From the NCBI GenBank assembly GCA_937877455.1, contig CALFIU010000100.1:18320-82319 (forward strand): a DNA stretch of 64,000 nt. Direction: 5' to 3'. Below the pieces are notes generated by a model. It did not search any database and was not told the DNA's origin. It saw only the letters and a list, made by a program, of their open reading frames with translations. Below are positions 58,763-64,000 of this stretch, in pieces. Each line of letters opens with the position of its first letter. Position 1 is the stretch's first letter. Origin of the DNA: an uncultured Bacteroidales bacterium. Its GTDB lineage: Bacteria > Bacteroidota > Bacteroidia > Bacteroidales > UBA3824. The position numbers and the translations under genes are program-made.

Positions 58763-58872
58763 AAAGCGTAGAGCGGAGGCGGCTTGAAAAAGTCGCCCCT
58801 GCAAAACGACAAACGAACAAACGTAAAACGAAATAAGAAAAACGTAATGAGAAAAAAGGTAGAAAATCCCAT

Positions 58873-58994
58873 TGGTCGCGTCCTTGGTCGCTCGAACAAC
58901 AATGCGAATGCGAACGCGGGGGTCGCTTACTCGAACACGAATAACGCCTCCTCGAACTCGAACACGAACAACGGCGGTCGGCTCTGCTAAATCG
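58873..58994 (+). repeat. DGR template repeat (TR)
   Basis: Non-coding copy between the target gene and the RT. 27 adenines lie in the core, grouped as 12 AAY codons plus TAC and 2 ACG. The flanks are adenine-free. Confidence 0.9.
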
Positions 58995-59260
58995 AAACTC
59001 TGCTTCTGGGATAATGCTCACGGGTTGGGCGACATTCAGAAGATAATCGTTGCTACGGCGAACACTTACGGGATAAGTGATGGCTGACAACGAGGGATTT
59101 GAGCCTCGGCAACAGCAATACTTTCCAACCCGCAAAGAATTGGAAAGAATTGGAAAGCCGGAACATCACAGGGTGTGGTCGATTATGGTCAAGTAGTTTC
59201 TGCAAAGATGTCGAAAGCCCTATGACCACAAGAAACGAAGAAGAAAATAAATATCGACAA

Positions 59261-60571
59261 ATGTCAAAGAGATATGGCTTCCTGATACCGAGAATAGTTG
59301 AACGCTCTAACATGGATAGGGCGTTTGATGAGGTCGTAGATCAACTTCCAGAGCCTCGCAGAACCCACTATCGCAAAAGGCGAGAAGAGATTCTTGAGCG
59401 TACTACGAAGGCGATTTCCGACGGAAGTTTCCGTGTCAACCACTATCGAGAAATGTGGGTTACGGACGGTTCCAAGATACGCAAAGTGCAAAGTCCGTGC
59501 GTAGAACACAGAATCGGTTGTAATGCCATCATGCGCATTGTGGAAGATGTGCTGTACCCAAGTGTCATTAAAACTTCTGCCGCAAGTATTCCTGGACGCG
59601 GTATGCACAGGCTGTTTGTAAAGATGCGGCATGATATTGAGAATGACCGTGAGGGTACGGCATACTTCTACAAGTGCGATATCAGAAAGTTCTTTGAAAG
59701 CATTGACCAAGACCTGATGTGGGAATTTGTCAAGGATAAAATCAAAGATCCGATACTTTTGCCGATACTCCACAACTTTGTGACGATGATGGAGAAAGGA
59801 CTCTCCATCGGTTTGCGCTCGTCACAATGTTATGGTAATATCTTCCTTAGCGGCATTGACCATTACTTCAAGGACGTTCTTGGTGTAAGGTACTACTACC
59901 GCTATTGTGACGATATTGTAATTCTTGCATCGAGTAAGCGCAAACTTTGGCTGCTCCGTGACATCATGCACGAACAGGCTGCTGAGCTTAAACTTGAAGT
60001 CAAGCCGAATGAATGTGTCAGACCCATTGAGGAGGGTATAGACTTTCTCGGCTTTGTATATGACGGAAAGAAAGGAAAACTGCGCAAGCGCACCAAGCAG
60101 AAGGCCGCAAGGAAACTTCACAAGGTCAAGAGCCGTAAACGCAGACAGCAGATCATAGGAAGTCTGAAAGGCATGGCGAAATGGGGTGACTGCAAACACT
60201 TGTATAAAACTTTAACAGGTAAGAATATGGAATCATTTAGCGAAAAAGTTAAGCAGATGAAAAAAAACGGTGTTGAATACACTGGTAAGGATGGTAAGCG
60301 TATGCTGACGGGTCAAGAGGTATCTCTGAGGACGTTGGTTAATATGCACATAGTAGTTCTGGACTTTGAGCCAGACGTTCCCACAAAGAACGGCAATCGT
60401 TATGTCGTTCAATTCCAGAGAGACGATGGCACTATTGGTAAGTATCTTACGAATGATTCTGAACAAAAGTTCTGGTTGGATGAGTTTCGTAAGGCGAACA
60501 ACATTCCGTTTGAGTGCAAGATTACACCTCAGTATTTCGGACAGGGCAAGGTACGTTATCAATTCACTTAA
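59261..60571 (+). CDS. DGR reverse transcriptase with a C-terminal extension of about 114 aa
   Basis: YYYRYCDDIVIL (YxDD), the DGR-type motif SIGLRSSQ ([ILV]GxxxSQ), and an N-terminus MSKRYGFLIPRI typical of DGR RTs. The track start at 59099 is a TTG inside the spacer. An alternative ATG lies at 59222. Confidence 0.9.
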   Translation: MSKRYGFLIPRIVERSNMDRAFDEVVDQLPEPRRTHYRKRREEILERTTKAISDGSFRVNHYREMWVTDGSKIRKVQSPCVEHRIGCNAIMRIVEDVLYPSVIKTSAASIPGRGMHRLFVKMRHDIENDREGTAYFYKCDIRKFFESIDQDLMWEFVKDKIKDPILLPILHNFVTMMEKGLSIGLRSSQCYGNIFLSGIDHYFKDVLGVRYYYRYCDDIVILASSKRKLWLLRDIMHEQAAELKLEVKPNECVRPIEEGIDFLGFVYDGKKGKLRKRTKQKAARKLHKVKSRKRRQQIIGSLKGMAKWGDCKHLYKTLTGKNMESFSEKVKQMKKNGVEYTGKDGKRMLTGQEVSLRTLVNMHIVVLDFEPDVPTKNGNRYVVQFQRDDGTIGKYLTNDSEQKFWLDEFRKANNIPFECKITPQYFGQGKVRYQFT

Positions 60572-60584
60572 AACACTGTGCGTT

Positions 60585-61085
60585 ATGGAAAAAGTTTATG
60601 GTACTGAAGAAAGGCATGACAGCCTTATCATTCACAAGACAAAGAGAGCCGTCTTAATCTATGGCTATGGTGAAGAGAACGGCATGGGGTATGATTTCCG
60701 ACATACTTTTGACCATGAGCCTACGGCAATGGAAGTGTTGGAGGTTATCACAAACCATGTGAACGAACTTACGGATCAAAAGATTCTGTCCGGCTATCAG
60801 TGGAATGGCTACAATGTGTGGCTATCGACTGAAAATCAGTTCAACTTCAAGGCAGCATACGATGTTGCGGTACAGACAGGAGGAGCAACGCTACCAATCA
60901 AGTTCAAACTCGGAGAGACTGAAGGCGAACCGAACTACTTTGTCTTTGAAGACATGGCTACATTCACAGACTTCTACACAAATGCTCTCGCCTACATCAT
61001 AGAAGTTCTTAATGTAGGCTGGGTCGAAAAGGACTCCGCGAAAGAATGGGTGCAAACATTAGGACTTAAAAACGGCGAAGCATGA
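60585..61085 (+). CDS. hypothetical protein
   Basis: Track ORF trimmed to MEKVYGTEERHD (ATG 60585). Acidic, and not Avd-like in composition. Confidence 0.55.
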   Translation: MEKVYGTEERHDSLIIHKTKRAVLIYGYGEENGMGYDFRHTFDHEPTAMEVLEVITNHVNELTDQKILSGYQWNGYNVWLSTENQFNFKAAYDVAVQTGGATLPIKFKLGETEGEPNYFVFEDMATFTDFYTNALAYIIEVLNVGWVEKDSAKEWVQTLGLKNGEA

Positions 61086-61241
61086 AAACTTATCATACAC
61101 CGAACATTGCCTATATGAGCATAGGAAGTGACCCGCTACTTGATAGTATGTCGGGGCTTCCATTGCGAGGTGACAGCATTACAGACCCGACATTTGAATG
61201 TTCTGGTGACAACGATTCTCAACTTAGTAACTCTGTTTGGA

Positions 61242-61721
61242 ATGACGATTATGAATAGCCTTGTATTTATAGCAATGTTTGCCATTGTCGCCTATGTTGT
61301 GGCCATGGTAATAAAAAATAAGGAAATACCCGAAAGCATTTCTTCGACGGTGTTCAATCTTGACAAGAAATGGAAGTGGGTGTTTTCCGCTGTGATGTGG
61401 ATAGTTGGCTTTCTCCTTATGCCACCTCTGATGGAAAAGGTGTCTGATTCGACACGGTTCATTGCTTTCTTCATGGTTGCAGGAATACTTTTCGTCGGAG
61501 CATCGCCCTTGGTTGCAAAGGAAAAGAACACTCTTCACTATGTGTGCGCTGCCGTTGCAGGAATAGCATCACAGTTGTTGGTAGCCCTTAACCAACCGCT
61601 GTTGCTACTGATATGGTTCTTGTATATCGGCTATACTCTCGCAGCAAAGGATGGCAGTAGAAACTTTTTCTGGGTGGAAGTTTCGTGTATGCTGTCTGTC
61701 TTTGTTTATTGTTTAACGTAA
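61242..61721 (+). CDS. multi-pass membrane protein, part of the lysis-cassette neighbourhood
   Basis: Track ORF trimmed to MTIMNSLVF. Four to five hydrophobic segments. Confidence 0.55.
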   Translation: MTIMNSLVFIAMFAIVAYVVAMVIKNKEIPESISSTVFNLDKKWKWVFSAVMWIVGFLLMPPLMEKVSDSTRFIAFFMVAGILFVGASPLVAKEKNTLHYVCAAVAGIASQLLVALNQPLLLLIWFLYIGYTLAAKDGSRNFFWVEVSCMLSVFVYCLT

Positions 61722-61737
61722 AAACTTTTTTAATGGT

Positions 61738-62277
61738 ATGAAATTAGACAACACTATCACACAGACAACTTCTGGTCTCTTCACTCCTGTAGCCATCGGG
61801 TTCATCCAGAATAGCATTCAGATGATGATACCCTGGCTTATTGTTATGTTTGTCGTTATCCTCACAGACCTCATATCTGGCATAAGGAAGTCCATCAAAC
61901 TCGGTGTGGAAGTTTCGCCATCTACAGCCTTTAGGGAAACTATGGGTAAGATGGTGACTTACTTCAGTTGGGTTATCATGGTGTGCCTTTTAGATGTTGC
62001 GATGGGTGGAGAAACCACCGCCGCAAAATGGGGTTGCTTGCTTGTCATAGCGATTGAGGGTGGAAGCATAGTCAGCAATATACTAAAGCCATACGGTGTG
62101 GAGATTTCTCTGAAAGGGATTTTGCGTGTAATCTTCATGCGTTCGCCTCTGAATGCGTCGCAGGAAGAGGCTGAACAGGTCATACGAGACAAGAAGATTG
62201 AGCAAATTCGTAAGAAAGAACATGAAAAGTGGAACCACAAAAGCAAAAAAGGACATGGTACTAAAGAAAGGAAGTAG
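61738..62277 (+). CDS. holin (phage_holin_4-like)
   Basis: TM segments. ILTDLISGIRKS and VIAIEGGSIVSNILKPYG resemble the D..TG and E..SI.EN holin motifs. It lies directly upstream of the endolysin. Confidence 0.65.
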   Translation: MKLDNTITQTTSGLFTPVAIGFIQNSIQMMIPWLIVMFVVILTDLISGIRKSIKLGVEVSPSTAFRETMGKMVTYFSWVIMVCLLDVAMGGETTAAKWGCLLVIAIEGGSIVSNILKPYGVEISLKGILRVIFMRSPLNASQEEAEQVIRDKKIEQIRKKEHEKWNHKSKKGHGTKERK

Positions 62278-62938
62278 AGGCGATGAGGTCAGGGCTTTGC
62301 AACAAGCCCTGCACCTCTATGTTGATGGTATATTCGGTATTCTAACCGAGGAAGCCGTCAAGGAATATCAGAAGGCGCATGGTCTTGTTGCCGATGGAAT
62401 AGTTGGCGATAAGACGTGGGCGAAACTCTTTCCATCTGGAAAGACATCTGTCACGTTGCAAAAAAGCAAGAGGGTGATCAATGAGATTATCATACATTGT
62501 ACTGCTACTCCAGAAGGTCAGGATATGACTGTTGAACAGATTACGGCAAGTCACAAGAAACGTGGTTTTACCACTATCGGCTATCACTACGTTATCTATC
62601 GTGACGGATCTATCCATAAGGGTAGGGATGTCAATGTCAGTGGAGCCCATTGCACAAATCACAATACTCACTCAATCGGAGTAAGTTATGTTGGCGGTCT
62701 TGAGAATATCCCAGGTGTCGCCTACAACAAACTTCCGATAAAGGACACTCGCACAGCAAAGCAAAAAGCGGCTTTGCTGAAACTATTGAAAGACTTGAAG
62801 GTTCTTTATCCGAAAGCAAAGATTATCGGACATCGTGATACTTCGCCAGACAAGAACGGAAACGGAATCATAGAGCCTTTTGAGTGGATAAAGGGTTGTC
62901 CTTGTTTCGACGCAAAGACGGAGTACAAAAACATCTGA
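62222..62938 (+). CDS. endolysin: N-acetylmuramoyl-L-alanine amidase (Amidase_2/PGRP) with an N-terminal PG_binding_1 domain
   Basis: GSRGDEVRALQQAL...VDGIFGILTEEAVKEYQKAHGLVADGIVGDKTWAKL, then IIIHCTAT...IGYHYVIYRDGSIHKGRD...GAHCTNHNTHSIGVSYVGG. An alternative start is at 62255. Confidence 0.9.
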   Translation: MKSGTTKAKKDMVLKKGSRGDEVRALQQALHLYVDGIFGILTEEAVKEYQKAHGLVADGIVGDKTWAKLFPSGKTSVTLQKSKRVINEIIIHCTATPEGQDMTVEQITASHKKRGFTTIGYHYVIYRDGSIHKGRDVNVSGAHCTNHNTHSIGVSYVGGLENIPGVAYNKLPIKDTRTAKQKAALLKLLKDLKVLYPKAKIIGHRDTSPDKNGNGIIEPFEWIKGCPCFDAKTEYKNI

Positions 62939-62941
62939 GTT

Positions 62942-63502
62942 ATGGAAAAGAAAATCTTATCTTACATCGTTCTTTCGCTGCTTATCTTGCTTGGCGTTTC
63001 TTTGTTCTGGAACTACAAGCAGTACAGAGATATGAACGATCGTCCGAAAGTTGTGAGAGATAGCGTAACCGTTATTCAGTACGTAGAGAAGAAAGACTCT
63101 ATGCCCAATGCGAAGACGGAAACTGTTGTCGGTAGTATAAAAGTTCCGATACCAAAGAAGAAAAAAGATTTGGAACTTCCACCTACCGTTCAAGATTCTT
63201 TGCCAAATCTTTCACATACCGTTCCTAACGAAGAAATGGAAGATAGTCTTGAATTGGAGATTACGCAGAAAGTCTATTCTGATAGTACATATACGGCTTA
63301 TGTAAGCGGTTATAGACCGAACTTGGATAGTATCTTTGTAAGGCAGAAAGTTATTACAAATACGATTCACGAAACAATAACCATCGAAAAAAAGAAGTTC
63401 CGGCGATGGAATGTCGGAATCATTGGCGGTTATGGGTATGGCTTTCAATCAAAGACTTTTGAACCGTTTATCGGTGTTGGCGTGTCCGTAAGTCTGTTTT
63501 AA
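62942..63502 (+). CDS. membrane-anchored protein after the endolysin; possible spanin-like lysis accessory
   Basis: N-terminal TM helix ILSYIVLSLLILLGVSLFW. Gly/aromatic-rich C-terminal tail. Position only. Confidence 0.35.
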   Translation: MEKKILSYIVLSLLILLGVSLFWNYKQYRDMNDRPKVVRDSVTVIQYVEKKDSMPNAKTETVVGSIKVPIPKKKKDLELPPTVQDSLPNLSHTVPNEEMEDSLELEITQKVYSDSTYTAYVSGYRPNLDSIFVRQKVITNTIHETITIEKKKFRRWNVGIIGGYGYGFQSKTFEPFIGVGVSVSLF

Positions 63503-63517
63503 TCTTATTTGCAGAGA

Positions 63518-63558
63518 AAATCCTCCGACGGTGTAATTGTTTGACCGTCAGAGGATTT
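63518..63558. terminator. hairpin terminator between convergent genes
   Basis: AAATCCTCCGACGG ... CCGTCAGAGGATTT, 13 of 14 bp paired, followed by CTTTCTTC. Confidence 0.6.
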
Positions 63559-63610
63559 CTTTCTTCGCGGGAAATCAAGGGAAATTATAGGGGAATTTCC
63601 CCTATTTGAT

Positions 63611-64000
63611 TCAGTCTTCTTCTTTGAGGAAAGCAAAGAACTGACCCCACAATTTTGCGAAACGCTCTCCGCACTGCGCAGCCAGCTCTCGCGTTTTGAA
63701 GCAGAGCCGACCGCCGCTGCACGCGCTCGAGAACGAGGAGGCGTAATACGCGTACGAGCAAGCGACCCCCGCGTACGCATTCGCAACGTAGTACGAGCGA
63801 CCAAGGACGCGACTTCTTTCTTCTTCATCCATCCTGTCTATCTCTTCTTTGGTATAGAGCAAGAACCAAGGATAGTAGCGGTATTCGTCTTCTGTGAATA
63901 ACGGGAACTGGTCAAGTTCATCAACCGTCAGTTCGTTGTATGCAGCACAGACGATACGCAGTTTCATCATGGCTTGCACATCAAGAGGCAGTTCGCCGAT
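63611..64000 (-). CDS. DGR target 2; the 5' end may run off the window
   Basis: The frame is open to position 64000. In-window starts are GTG 63979 and ATG 63970. The C-terminal region RVLGRSYYVANAYAGVACSYAYYASSFSSACSGGRLCF is encoded by VR2. Confidence 0.7.
   Translation of the reverse strand: MGELPLDVQAMMKLRIVCAAYNELTVDELDQFPLFTEDEYRYYPWFLLYTKEEIDRMDEEERSRVLGRSYYVANAYAGVACSYAYYASSFSSACSGGRLCFKTRELAAQCGERFAKLWGQFFAFLKEED
63698..63813 (-). repeat. DGR variable repeat 2 (VR2)
   Basis: The reverse complement aligns without gaps to TR 58875-58990. 19 mismatches (17 in the core), all at TR adenines. Confidence 0.9.

Noticed and set aside
58784-58990. 68-aa ORF translating the template repeat (..GRVLGRSNNNANANAGVAYSNTNNASSNSNTNNGGRLC)
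   Set aside because: It is the TR read in the VR frame. It starts at a TTG, is Asn-rich because of the AAY template codons, and ends at the TR boundary. DGR template repeats act as RNA.
58605-59135. 176-aa minus-strand Arg/Ser-rich ORF. The similar ORFs 58633-58902 and 63505-63828 fall in the same class.
   Set aside because: These are antisense or alternate-frame readings of the GC-rich VR/TR repeats. Their low-complexity composition is duplicated only because the repeats are duplicated.
59099-59260. N-terminal 54 codons of the track RT ORF (MSLGNSNTFQPAKNWKELE...)
   Set aside because: It starts at a TTG inside the TR-RT spacer, which holds the repeat and hairpin elements. The conserved DGR RT N-terminus (MSKRYGFL) begins at the ATG at 59261.
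1-64000. Genome-wide stop-codon reassignment (TAG or TGA recoding), as seen in some gut phages
   Set aside because: ORFs of 2186-3262 aa and all other late genes are uninterrupted in the standard code, and both TAA and TGA are used as terminators. Only one isolated in-frame TAG (7508-7510) was found.
1-64000. tRNA, rRNA, integrase/recombinase, transposase and repressor genes
   Set aside because: I found no cloverleaf-like sequence and no tyrosine or serine recombinase motif in any ORF. Lifestyle (temperate or lytic) cannot be decided from this window.

Overview
The window reads as most of a tailed dsDNA phage or prophage genome with a siphovirus-type tail module. The host is probably a Bacteroidota member: TAnnTTTG promoter-like boxes are present, Shine-Dalgarno sequences are absent, and starts sit in A/T-rich AATTATG contexts. 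This host call is an inference.

Layout:
- 1-13716, minus strand: about 25 tightly packed, mostly small early genes. They include an FtsK-like translocase, a beta-clamp-like protein and two TRASH/FCS zinc-ribbon paralogs.
- 13717-14969: a repeat-rich 1.2 kb non-coding strand-switch region, a candidate origin and control region.
- 14970-19560, plus strand: a D5/P4-type SF3 helicase, a HAD phosphatase and several unknowns.
- 19669-26411, minus strand: the packaging block, with TerL carrying a P-loop intein, a portal, a MuF-nuclease fusion and a TerS-like protein.
- 26605-58762, plus strand: head and tail genes. These include a 2318-aa tape measure, a 3262-aa Tal/fibre, a retropepsin-like protease and a 2186-aa fibre.
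- 58609-64000: a diversity-generating retroelement (DGR), a lysis cassette and a second DGR target.

The strongest signal is the DGR. One adenine-rich template repeat (58873-58994) matches two variable repeats. VR1 lies at the 3' end of the 2186-aa fibre gene. VR2 lies on the opposite strand about 4.7 kb away. Every mismatch in both alignments falls on a template adenine. No Avd-like gene is visible, and the RT carries an extra C-terminal domain.

No tRNA, rRNA, CRISPR array, integrase or transposase was recognised. All domain calls come from motifs read by eye, not from database searches.
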